From the NCBI RefSeq assembly GCF_018350175.1, contig NC_058369.1, positions 14,448,001 through 14,512,000 on the forward strand: a stretch of 64,000 bases of DNA. The letters are read 5' to 3'. Positions within the stretch are counted from its first letter, which is position 1. Every line of letters begins with the position of its first letter. The translations under genes were made by a program, and so were the position numbers. This DNA comes from Felis catus. Lineage: Eukaryota. This document shows, piece after piece, positions 47,393 through 59,050 of the stretch. The notes beneath the pieces were generated by a model. It did no database searches. It had not been told where the DNA came from and was given only the letters and a program-made list of their open reading frames with translations.

Positions 47393-47851
47393 TACACAAC
47401 TTAATTCCCAAAGGGCCTTGTTTTTTGAGCCCTGAGGTCATCATGGTGTCTACAGTGTGAGGATGGGACAGGACATAGAGAGGAAGATCTCAGGGCTGCT
47501 CTTGGAATCTTAGGGCTGCCTTTAAAAAAACAAAACCAAAAAAACTGAAGCAGTGTTTCCTGTTCTGGAATTGAGTGTATGAAGACATCCAATTTTAAGA
47601 GCATAAAACTATTTCTCCTGGTCTATTAAAAAAAAAAAAAAAGTAATGGCACTTCTTGCAGAAATTCTTCAGGTGATATGTGGATGACCATTTCAAGATC
47701 AAAAAAAGCAACCATGGAAATAAGGTGGAATGGGCTAAATGTCAGATGCTGACATTTAGTGGTTGGCTGTGCTGGGGGGGTAGGGGCTTAATACCCAGCT
47801 AAGGGTGCTAGATGATTCCAGAACAGCACAACCTGTGCTGGAATGGTCTTT

Positions 47852-48114
47852 TTTTTATTTTTATTTTTATTTTTATTTTTATTTTTATTTTTATTTTTAT
47901 TTTTATTTTTATTTTTATTTTTTATTTTTGGGACAGAGAGAGACAGAGCATGAACGGGGGAGGGGCAGAGAGAGAGGGAGACACAGAATCGGAAACAGGC
48001 TGCAGGCTCCGAGCCATCAGCCCAGAGCCTGACGCGGGGCTCGAACTCACGGACCGCGAGATCGTGACCTGGCTGAAGTCGGACGCTTAACCGACTGCGC
48101 CACCCAGGCGCCCC
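47852..48114 (-). mobile_element. Full-length young felid CanSINE with (TTTTTA)n-expanded tail
   Basis: Perfect TSD TGGAATGGTCTTT at 47839-47851 and 48115-48127; hexamer microsatellite at about 47852-47918. Confidence 0.95.
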
Positions 48115-51100
48115 TGGAATGGTCTTTAAACTGTATCACAGAACTGGTTAGAGAGATTGAACATGTTTTGTTTGGAAGAGAGAAGATTGGGGGTCGTGGC
48201 CATGAGAGATTCCAGGACGCCCTGTGAGTCATCTGACAGAGGCCTTTTCTACTTATGGTGCCAGTGGGCACATACTCACCCCCTCAGAGGGTATGGTTGG
48301 GGTTTTTGTTTTTGTTTTTGCTTTTTTAGAGGTAAGGTCAGGTGACCCTGCCAAAAAAAGGCAGTGAGAGTGGACAGGTCACCACCTGGGTAAGGGGCTT
48401 AGCATTGGATGAGCATTTCAGGCATGCACCTATCTTTTGTGAAGGTTAAGATGGTGGGAGAGCTTGTCTACTCTGTTGCCTTGGTTTATTGCTTAAGGGA
48501 AAAAGGAAACTTAAATTGCTTGGAACAATTAGGGTAACTTTGGTCTGTTTAACCAGCCTTCTGAGTCTATGAGCCACTGTTGGCCTTTTTTTTAAAAAGT
48601 TACTTTAAAAAGTTAACCATCAACATTTGAGAGCCTAAACTGCTCTGGAAGGTGCCCCATGGAGTGAAATGAAGTACAGGCTTCTTATCACCACGTAGTG
48701 GAATGAACAGAGCAGGAGATGTGTTGCTGACTGTAGGATTATCTAAGAAGAGCTTCTTAGTAGGCTAGCTGGGATGGGTGACAGGGATACAGAGATGTCC
48801 TTGCAGCCAGGTGGCCCTAGCCCTGGGCTGTGAGTAGCCCTTATTTTACTCCAGTGCGCTGTGCCAATGTAATTGTTGTTGTATGCCATGATGTGAAAAA
48901 GATGGGACATCTGATTTATCTCCCTCCATCCTTCAGCATATTATTCTGAGAAGCGATGGTTTTCTTGGTCTCAGGAGGTCTACAGCTCTTGTGAAGAAGG
49001 TTGGTGATGTTGGACTAGACCATTTACAAGGAGTGTTCCCTTGCATTGGAGCATCAAGGATGAATGGAGTTGGCAGATAACCCTCCCGGACGTCAGGGTT
49101 TATAGAAAGTCAAAGTGGGAAGTAAGGTTTAAAAAAAAAAAAAAATGCAGGTTGTTCCAATTATTATTGATGACCTTAAATGGAAGACTGTTTACACTTC
49201 ATCTGAAAAGCATCGAGAGCCCTCAGATTTGTGAGGAGGAGAATGTTCACTTGAATTGAGCAGAGAAGTCAGGAAAAAGGGAGGTTGAGAAAAGGCAGGC
49301 ATTAGCTCATGCTAATACAGTCTTGGATTTGCCTGGTGGGGAATAAAAAACAGGGACAGGTGCCAGAGACACTGTGCAAGGAGATTGGGTGGGGATTAGC
49401 TGGATACCAGGGGCTGAGAACAAGTCATCTGTCCATTTAACAACTGGGGTTCCTTCCCCTGCTCAGTCTGTGCTATGCCCCTGAGGTCTGGTGATGGTCT
49501 TTTCCTGCCCTCTAGGGTCTTATGGCCACAGAAGCGAGATAGGATAGGGAACCCTGAGAGAGAGGGAAGAGAGGGTAGGAGCCTGTCCAAGAGGTAGCAG
49601 CAGCATGAAGACTGGAAGGTGACATGGGGCCCAAGATTGTGGGTCTTTGGTTTTAAGGATGCTGAGTTTGAGCAAAGGTGAGGTGAGCTGGGTCCTGGAG
49701 AAGGTGATCTGTGGTAGTAGCTACTGCCTGGGAGAAGCTGGGTATTAGACAGCTTGGCCCATAGTACTGGATGGCTCCTCTTTGTTTTACATGGCCAGGA
49801 TGGGAGGATATAGTGTTGAAGCATGAAGGCCCTGTGTGACCTCTAGAACCCTCAAGGAGCATGTCTGTGAATCTGGTAGGTTGGTGGCCACCTCTGTTGG
49901 TGGGGAAGGTACAGAACTTGATCTGTTCTTATGTCTCCTCTTTCCCTACTGATAGTGCTTTGTGTTAGAAGAAAGTGCAATAAATAATAGGTGAAGGAAT
50001 AAAATATAAGAGGGGCCATCTTGTACATTGTAGGAAAAGTTTGTGAAGTAGTGACAGATGGATGAAAATTAGAGGGACACAGCCTGTAATCTAAGAACTT
50101 GTAGCAATTAGAGGGACCAGGAAGAGGCTTGATGTGATTCCAGTGGCCTAGGAACTGGTTGGTAACCTGCATTTTCTAGATTCTGAGGATTTTCCAACTT
50201 GAGGTCTTCAACACTTTTCCAGAAAGACCCAGAGCAATTGATGCTTCTCTGAAACATTCACATGAATTATTCCAACAGCTGCTGCTTCCTGGTTTGAGAA
50301 AGTTTCCTTGTTTCACGCATTGCTGAAATGTTTTCAAATCATGGCTCTTTTGGCAGAGTCCAGGAGAGAAGACAGGTGGGCGTCCCACAGAGTGACAACA
50401 CTAGTATTGGTGGGGAGGGGGCTTGTAGTTGCAGGAAGGAAAGGGGCCTTGGGGATTTGGCACTTGGAAAAGAATGACTTGGGTTCCAGAGTGGCACCTG
50501 GTTGGCGATGAACAAGATACTGTCGGGGTCCTGATTTGGGGGTTGAGGATGGGAGTGAGAATCAGATGAGTTAAGTGAGGGCAGCAGCCTGGTGCCATAT
50601 GTACAGAGCTGGGAGGGCTGGCGTGTGTCTTGGCCCCTGGCCACCCTGGGAAGCCCTCTCTATAGGGCCTGGGTTGTCCCTGAGCCCTATGTCCTCTCAC
50701 TCTGCTGTGTCAGTGGCCAGGGGACCAATCTTCTTCCTACTAGTCTGTTTGCTCTGTTTACTGCTTCACACTTGTGAGTCCTGTGCTGTTTTTACGGAAA
50801 GGAGAGAAATCTGCACACATCTTCCTGCTAAGGGACCCTGGTTTCCCATAGTGTGCTAGAGTGTGGTTGGTGTGTGTGTACATCTTACTGGAAATGAAGA
50901 TGGAATTTGGTCCTGGTTTGTGACCCAGGCTGGCAGTGTTGATCAGTTCCTTTAAGCCCCTTCTTTTGGCTTGTACTTTGGTAGGTAGAGGCTCAGAAAT
51001 TATGTGCTTTGTCAACCTCTGAGGGGTTTTGTGCCTTTTACAAAAATGGAGGATGCACATGAGTCAGTGAATTTGTTGCACGGTCCACAGGATACAGCTT

Positions 51101-51294
51101 GCACAGTTGAGGCTCGCTCCTCCATGAGGTTTCCAGCAGTTTAGTAAAGGGTTAAGTTAGTGTGCTCTTAGAGGAGGAATTGTGGGTGTGCTGATCTTTG
51201 CTCTAGGAAGTTTTCCCAGAGCCTTGGGAAGGATCCAGCCCCAGGATGGTTTCAAAGTCAGACTGTCCCTGATAGTAAAGTGGTTCATATTTGA

Positions 51295-51638
51295 GCCTGG
51301 GCCTTAGAGATGGCTGACCTGGGTTTGGATCTTTGACTTCTTAGCCCTCTGACCCTGGCCAGTCACCTTGACTTCTCTCTCAGCCCAAGTTTTCTCACCT
51401 GTCAAGTGTGGGCATCAGTGGCAGTACCCTGTGTGAAGTGTGAACATCAATGGTATTACCTCATGTGAAGGAGGGGTAGTAATGGCAATACCCTGTGTAA
51501 AGTGTGAGTAACATTGGCAGTACCCCATGTGAAGTGGGTAACATTGGCAGGACCTCATTCTGATGTTATGAGGATTAAATGAAATCAGGCATGTAAAGTG
51601 CTGGCACTCTGCATCAAATAAAGAATTCAATAATTGTT
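51295..51638 (+). mobile_element. MIR containing an internal ~32-bp tandem amplification
   Basis: MIR 5' part (gacctgggtttggatc...gttttctcacctgtcaagtg) and 3' part (gttatgaggattaaatga...atgtaaagtgctggcac) flank repeated units at 51413-51558. Confidence 0.75.
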
Positions 51639-52088
51639 TTTTTTAAATTTTTTTTAATGTTTATTTATTTTTGAGAGAGTGTGAGCAGAGGAGGGGCAGA
51701 GAGAGAGGGAGACAGAATCTGAAGCAGGCTCCAGACTCTGCAATGTCAGTGCAGAGCCTGATGCGGGGCTCGAACTCACAGACTGTGAGATTATGACCTG
51801 AGCCAAAGTCGGACACTTAACCGACTGTGCCACCCACGTGCCCCAAGAATTCAATAATTGTTAGCCACTTTTATTTTTAAAAAATTTTTTTTAACATTTA
51901 TTCATTTTTTGAGAGACCGAGCATGAGTGGGGGAGGGCCAGAGAGAGAGGGAGACACAGAATCCGAAACAGGCTCCAGGCTCTGAACTGACAGCACAGAG
52001 CCTGATGTGGGGCTCGAACTCATGGACCGTGAGATCATGACCTGAGCTGAAGTCGGACACTCAACTGACTGAGCCACCCAGGTGCCCC
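51639..52088 (-). mobile_element. Two adjacent CanSINEs (51639-51844 and about 51875-52088)
   Basis: TSD AAGAATTCAATAATTGTT at 51621-51638 and 51845-51862; second TSD GTTAGCCACT at 51860 and 52089. Confidence 0.92.
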
Positions 52089-53734
52089 GTTAGCCACTAT
52101 TATACTTTTCTTTTCTCCTTTAGTAATAAAATCTCTTGTCAGTATGTTAAAGGTGATTCTCTCCATGTCTCAGAAGTTGTTGTCAGTGGGCTTTTCTGTA
52201 GCACTTTGATTCTGTGTGCCTAATGGTCACTTTCTCAATGAAGAGTTAGGCCCTCACCTGCCTAAACCTCAGGAGGAGGCCTGGACCATGGGGACAGTAG
52301 AGTCACTGTGGTCTTGGGGACAGATCTGCAGGGCCTGGGTCTCAGGCTGGATCTTGGTGCTGAATGGTTTGATAGTACCTGGGTCTGTGTGAAGCAGCTG
52401 GAGGCAGAGCAGGGCAGTAGAGTGGGCCTTGGTGGAGGCAGGAGGGTCCGCTGCAAGGCTGACACAGTAAAGACTTGGGTAAGTGAATACCACCGCCCTT
52501 GTAGACCTGCCCCTTTGTACCTTTGCTGGCCTTGCAACATCCTTTACAGGGAGGCTGATGGCCTGGGACCCTGACTTACCAGGGAATGTCTTGCTTGGGG
52601 GTTGGATTGTCTTGGCAAGACTGTGCTTCAGAGACACTGGAGTGAGGTGGACGTTGTAGGTCACTTTGGACCTGGCCCAGCTTAGGACAGTATTTCTTGG
52701 GGATGTGTGGTCTATGTTTTCAACAATTGATGCCTTTGCCTGGAGGACAAAGTTTGTTGGCCCAGTATGGTGGCCTAAGTGTATTGGTCCTTTGTGTGCA
52801 CATGTGCTGATCCTGGGTGTATGTATGCATATGTGCATGTGTACTTGTACATGTGTGTTTAGGGTGGCCATATACGTGCATATGTTTGTGTCTGCTGGTC
52901 CTGCTTGCTGGAATAGAGCCTAACATGTGCGGTTACTCTGGCATGTGCAAATGGAAGAAAGACACACCAGTCCATGTTTGACATGGACTTTGTGTGGCAG
53001 AGTTCTGCCTTTTGTGGGGCCTCCAGCTTACTCTGGGGTTAGTCTCAGGTGTAGGCAATGTCCCAGTGAGGGCACAATTTGAGCCTGTGTGGTGTTTGCA
53101 GATTTCTTTATGCCTTTTAAGGCAGAGATTTCATGTGACATTTGCATTGTACCTCTTAATACCTCAGAGTTTTAGTACTAAAACTTCTTACCAGCAAGGA
53201 ATACTCTGACTGGAGACAGAAGCAGCAAGTAAATTGTAAGACTCTGGTCTCCTCACCATTGCACCTTGGGAGGTAGGCCCTTAACTATTCTTAAGAACTG
53301 TGCTTTTGTGGGGGCAGTTTGGCCTTGGCTGCTTTGCTCCTCTTGGAGCAGGGTTCTCCAGGTGTCTGATCTTCAGTGCAGTTTCCTTCCTTCTCCTTTA
53401 GATGCCAGTCATGTCAGGAGAACTAGCAAGTGGGGCCCTATGTCCACTTCGTCCCTTCTCTTCCTCATTGTCACGACCCTTCTGTGAGGATAAGTGATGG
53501 GAAGTGTCCATGCAGTCCACTGGTGAGCTCTGATGATTGAGAGAAGCCAGGTGTAGCCCATCCTCACCTCCATCTTAGCCTCAGTTTACCCTTAGGGCTG
53601 GTGACGGTGAGGACAGTTGATGGTTCTGTGAACATCCTCCTTGGGGATCCCCTTTGTTCCTGACATCCTCTTATACTTTTGTTGGATACATTGTCAGGAA
53701 GGTGTAGCATCTGTTGACATCATTTCCTAATTTG

Positions 53735-53959
53735 TTTTTTGTTTTTTTTTTAATTTTTTTAATGTTTATTTTATTTTTGAGACAGAGACAGAGTATGAGC
53801 AGGGGAAGGGCAGAGAGAGACACACACACAGAGTCCAAAGCAGGCTTCAGACTCTGAGCTGTCATCACGGAGCCTGATGTGGGGCTCGAACTCATCAACT
53901 GTGAGATCATGACCTGAGCCGAAGTCGGACGCTCAACCGACTGAGTCACCCAGGCGCCG
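53735..53959 (-). mobile_element. CanSINE
   Basis: Full antisense body. Confidence 0.92.
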
Positions 53960-55600
53960 CACCCCCCCCCCCATTTGTTCTTAATTGGTGTGGGTAGTGT
54001 AAGCCACTTTTTACTGATAGATGTTGCCGTCGTTATAGTTTATCCCTTCTCACTTTGCAGCGTTTTAGTCAGTCTTGTGATTTTTGTGATTGCTGTGGTA
54101 CATCGTCAGAATGTGTAGCAGTGATGAAGCATCTGGGGCCAAGGATCATTTCATTGGCCTGGACCTTGTGGCAAGGCCTCAGGACTTCTGGGCTAGCTGT
54201 GTGGCTTCAGTCAGGGCTATCAATGCCATGGTGTGGTTGGTGGACAGTTCCAGCCACTTCTGAGAAGTTACCAGATGGTATTGACTATTTGACCTGGGCC
54301 TTGATGGTCAAAGAAACAATTCTGCTACTTAGGGAAGCTTGGTTGGTCAGATGGTTGTAGTTTGTTTTGTATTTGAAGACCTAGTGTCAGACTGGATTTC
54401 TAGAATTCTATCAAGTCTACTCTCCTGCCTGAATCTCGGCTCGGGGGATCTGGAAGGTTTGTGGGTGGACGACACTAACTCTGCTGCCTGCCTGGGTACT
54501 CACTAGCCCCTCTGGATTTGGATCTAGGTAGACCCTTTAGTGGTCTGGAAACTACTAGCTTAAATAGACCTGAATCACTCCTTCCTGGTCTCCCATTGCC
54601 AGCCTGGAAGATGGTACCCTTCTTGGGAATCAAGGTGGCAAAGGCCACCTGAGGTTCCAAATCCATCCAGATATAGTAGGATGGCTGGTGGATTCTTTCC
54701 TCAACAGTGAGAAGGTGGCTGGAAGTGGGGTGGGGTTTAGAGGTGAAAACTGGAGATCCTCCCCCACTTACATTTCTTTAGTGAGATTTCTGCTATCTTA
54801 CCAGCTTCTGGTAACTGACCAAAATAGTTCGTCTTGTCCTGGACCTTTCAAAGAAAAGTTACATGACTACTGTGGGTAGATTTTGTTTGGATTTCAGGAT
54901 TGTGAAGTTCTTTTCTTCTAGGCTCAGGTTTTCATTTTTATACAATGGAGCCATCTTTAGAATCCTGCTCTTGAAAAACAAAAGTATTCCCTTCACCCTT
55001 CCAAAGAACAATATTCTGAAAAATAAGATACGGTTCTTAAGCTTTTGGGGAGTACTTGCAGAAGATTAGGTGATTGTGCCAGTCTGGCTGCCCTTCCTAC
55101 CCCGCCTCCCCTTAAATTTGAAAAAGGTTGGCACATAATGTTGTATTAGTTTTCAGATGTACTAGTGTAGCGGCTTATTCATCAGGACCGCCTATTGGAA
55201 GATGGTTTGTTGGGGATGTTAACTCAGGAGAGATAGCCTTTATGCTGTTCCTTAGAGAGACTTGGTTTAATTTGCTGGTCTTGCGCTGCTCGTGAATATG
55301 CAGATCAGGGTTGGTGCCTGTGTTAGGATCACCAAATGAGAGAGTGAGTGGGCTGTTGACTTAGGGGCTGTCTTCACAGCTTGGAGAAGGTGCTCAGCTG
55401 GTGGCTTTGCTCCTGCTAGCTTGGCGCATGTAGGCTCCAGGCCACCCAGACCTGGATGAGGGAGCACATGGTACCTGTAGCTAGGGCCCAGAATGCCTTA
55501 GTGGTAGTGGAAGATAACTTTGTCCATTGGTGGAAGGATTCTTCCAGGAGGTTGCCTTTGTGATAAGTAACGTGTTGCTTCTTTAAAAACAAACTCAAGA

Positions 55601-56090
55601 GGGCTGCTTGGGTGGCTCAGTCTGGTAATTAATTGACTTCAGCTCAGGTCATCATCTCATGGTTTGGTTTGTGGGTTCAAGCCCCATGTCAGGCTCTGTG
55701 CTGACAGCTCAGAGCCTGGAGCCTGCTTTGGATTCTGTGTCTCCCTCTCTCTCTGCCCCTCCCCTGCTCATGCTCTGTCTTTCTCTCTCTGTCTCTCTCT
55801 CTAAAAATAAAGAAACATTAAAAAAAATAAAAAACAAACTCAAGAAAACTTGCCATTAGAATAGAATAGCTGGGGGATGCCTGGGTGGCTCATTTGGGTA
55901 AGTGTCTGATTCTTGATTTCGGCTCAGGTCATGATGTCAGGGTTTGTGAGATTGAGCCCTGTGTCTGTGCTTACAGTCTGTTTAGGATTCTCTCTCTCTG
56001 CCCCTCCCCCATGTTCCCTCTCCCCCTCCGTTCCTTCCTCCCTCCTTCTCTCTCTCTCTCTCAAAATAAATAAAAAATAATAGAATAGCA
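55601..56090 (+). mobile_element. Two plus-strand CanSINEs (55601-55830 and 55872-56089)
   Basis: First copy flanked by AAAAACAAACTCAAGA repeats; second flanked by AGAATAGCTGG repeats and internally deleted. Confidence 0.88.
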
Positions 56091-56637
56091 GAATAGCTGG
56101 AGGTTTTATTTCTTGACGTGAAAATAAACATAACCCTTTAGCCAGCTATAAAGTTAATACAGCTGATTGAGATGCTGGTGTGTAAGACATGGAGGCAGCC
56201 TGGATGGTACATTCTTGGGAACAAGGCTGGCTGCCATTAGAACTTTCTGTTGGCCACCTCATAGATGGAGCTGATGTCTTCTGCAGGTGGGGCTTTTTGT
56301 GATCCTCACTCCCAAATGTTTCTGTCTTGACTGATCCTGGAGACTCAGGACCACTCTTTGTCATCTCAAGAGGATTCTTTGCATGTTTTAGTCATAGTTC
56401 ACACAGGGATATATGTGTTTTCAAAGGAGACTGACTGCCTGCTTGCCGTAGGCAGAGGTACTAGGTGGGGAACCCCAGACAGTAATTTTTTGCTCTTAGT
56501 CTTAATTCATTCTGGAGCAGTTGACCAAGAGATAATTGGGGTGCTCTGGGTATTCCTATTTGAAATGATAGGCAATGAAATGCCCTCCCTCTGTGTGAGT
56601 TGGATACCTCATGTTGGGGTTACTTGAGGTTACTGGG

Positions 56638-56824
56638 TTTTTTGTTTTTTGTTTTAAATATTTTTGAGAGTGTACAAGCAGGGGTAGGGGCAGAGAGAGG
56701 GAACAGAGGATTTGCAGTGGGCTTTGTGCTGATAGCAGCGAGTCTGATGTGGGGCTCAGACTCAAGAACCGTGAGATTGTGACCTGAGCCAAAGTTGGAC
56801 ACTCAACTACTGAGCCACACAGGA
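56638..56824 (-). mobile_element. Older CanSINE
   Basis: Diverged antisense body. Confidence 0.85.
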
Positions 56825-57514
56825 TGTTAGATGTCAGTGGTGAATCCCCTGGGCCTGGCTCTGCCCCACAAGATAGGGGAGCTTGGTGCTCAGAACTTGA
56901 GGGGGGATACAGTGTTTTCCTTTTTGGTGATGATGATTGGTGGTTAAGCTCTTTGGGCTAGTTGTGTGGGTCTCTCTTGTGTAGAGTTTTTTGTGTCAGG
57001 AGCTTGCACCCCTGGTGGCCTGTGTAAGTGTTCCCACATCTAGCCCAGGTGCTCCAGGGAATATGTTTGAGTTGGGCTGCTATGTCTTCTGGCTTCCATT
57101 TTAAGGAATGCTTATATCCAAGATGAGCTAGTCATTTTTACCATTCACTCACGAGGCATTTCTTGATTGTCTTGGTTCATAGCTATGAGATGGGGCTGGG
57201 AAAGCTGTATCTCAGGGAGATGGGGTACATTGGGAAGTCAGAGCTGAGGTGACCTAAGCATACTTAAAGTCCATCTGAGGCATAATGTTTACCACTGCTC
57301 TAACCTTACCATTCTAAGTTTTTCCAGTGCCATTTTGTATATAGTTTGGCGAGTGGAAGGCAGGATTGATAGTGGAGGATGTCAGGTACATGCCTAGTCT
57401 GGGAATCAGGGTGTTAGAGTCATTTTTAGCTATAGGTATACCAGGCCCTTGGGCTTTTTTCTGTACACACATTGGCCCCAAAGGGTTAAAATAATCTGTG
57501 TGGTTTTACTTTAA

Positions 57515-57838
57515 GAGACATTGTGCTGAATGAAATAAGCCAGACACAAAAAGACAAATACCGTATGATTCCACTTATATGAGGTCACTAGAGCAGTCAA
57601 ATTCATGGAGCTAGAAGAGTAGAATGGTGGATGCTAGGGGCTGGTGTGGTGGTAATGGGGAGTTAGTGTTTAACTGGTGACAGAAATTCAGTTTTGCAAG
57701 GTGACAAAGTTCTGGAAATGGATGGTGCTGGTGATAGTTGCCCAACAGTGTGAATGGACTTAACACCACTGAACTGTACATTTAATGGTTAAGATGGTAA
57801 ATTTTATGTTACCTATATTTTAGTACAGTAAGGAAAAA
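57515..57838 (+). mobile_element. Ancient LINE-1 (L1MB-like) 3'-end fragment
   Basis: gacattgtgctgaatgaaataagccagacacaaaaagacaaataccgtatgattccacttatatgagg...cactgaactgtaca...atggttaagatggtaaattttatgtta is the classic L1MB 3' end. Confidence 0.88.
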
Positions 57839-58469
57839 TGGAACCTTTCTGAATTCAGAAATATCCTGCATCCTTATGAGCATGTGTTTTACCCTCCCAA
57901 GAGTTAGCTTAGGGAGAAAGGAACAAAGGCACTCATATTTTGATGGCCTAGCTTGTGCTGGATGTTATGAGGTTAAAGAAAAAAAAAATAGATGTGTGGT
58001 TCTAGAAGGCCCATTGTAGCATCATCTTGGGAGTGCTGGAGCAGAGATTCTGTAGGTGTTCTTTGGTCCCCATAGGGATGGGGCCTGGATGCATTTTCTC
58101 CAGCTGTCTGGGGTGACACAGGACTCTTGGAGTCTGCAGGGGACTTAAGAGAACAGAGTCCAGAAACAATCTGAGGTCTTTTCTGCTCCAGTGCTTGGCT
58201 TAGAGATAGAAGGTATTCCTTGTTTTCCTATGGCTATTTTTCAGAGAATTTCCTTAATATAGCACATATTGGTGCATGTACACAGAATGGGAGACACCAA
58301 TTCTTAGGTCCTCATTGTTAACAAAGAAGTTATCTCTTTTGTTCTTGTGACATTTTCTTCTTCAAGATGTCCTTTCAAGCAGCCGCAGTGATAAACACTA
58401 ACACTTAAGATACTTCCCAAAGTTTCAGACCTGTCTAGATAGATAGATGGAGACATTTGATTCCTGAGC

Positions 58470-59050
58470 TTTTTATTTTTATTTTTTAAGTTTATTTATT
58501 TATGTCATCTCTGTACCCAACTTGGGGCTTAGATTCAGGACCCCAAGATAAAGAGTTGCCTGCTCTTCTGACGGAGCCAGCCAGGTGCCTCTGATTCCTG
58601 AGCATTTAAAATATGGGAGTTTTGAACCTTTAAAAAAATTTTTTTTAATCTTTATTTTTGAGAGAGAGGAGAGACAGAGCATGAGCAGGGGAGGGGCAGA
58701 GAGAGAGGGAGACACAGAATCTGAAGCAGGCTCCAGGCTCTGAGCTGTCAGCACAGAGCCCAACGCGGGGCTCGACCCCATGAGCTGTGAGATCATGACC
58801 TGAACTGAAGTCGGACGCTCAACCGACTGAGCCACCCAGGCGCCCCTAAAGTTTTGAACCTTTCAGTGTTTGTTTATTTTTGAGAGAGAGCACGTGCAAG
58901 CTGGGGAGGGGCAGAGAAAGAGGGGGACAGAGGATTTGAAGTGGGCTCTGCACTGACAACAGAGAGCCCAGTGCGGGGCTCGAACTCACTAACCTTGAGA
59001 TCATGACCTGAGGTGAAGTCAGATGCTTAACTGAGCCACCCAGGCACCCC
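58470..59050 (-). mobile_element. Three head-to-tail antisense SINEs (short 58470-58591; long 58632-58846; long 58864-59050)
   Basis: TSDs TGATTCCTGAGC (58458 and 58592) and AGTTTTGAACCTTT (58618 and 58850), with a third related TAAAGTTTTGA at 59051. Confidence 0.9.

Noticed and set aside
52970..52990. Two CATG cores resembling a p53 response element
   Set aside because: The cores are 9 nt apart rather than 10, and the flanks fit RRRCWWGYYY poorly.
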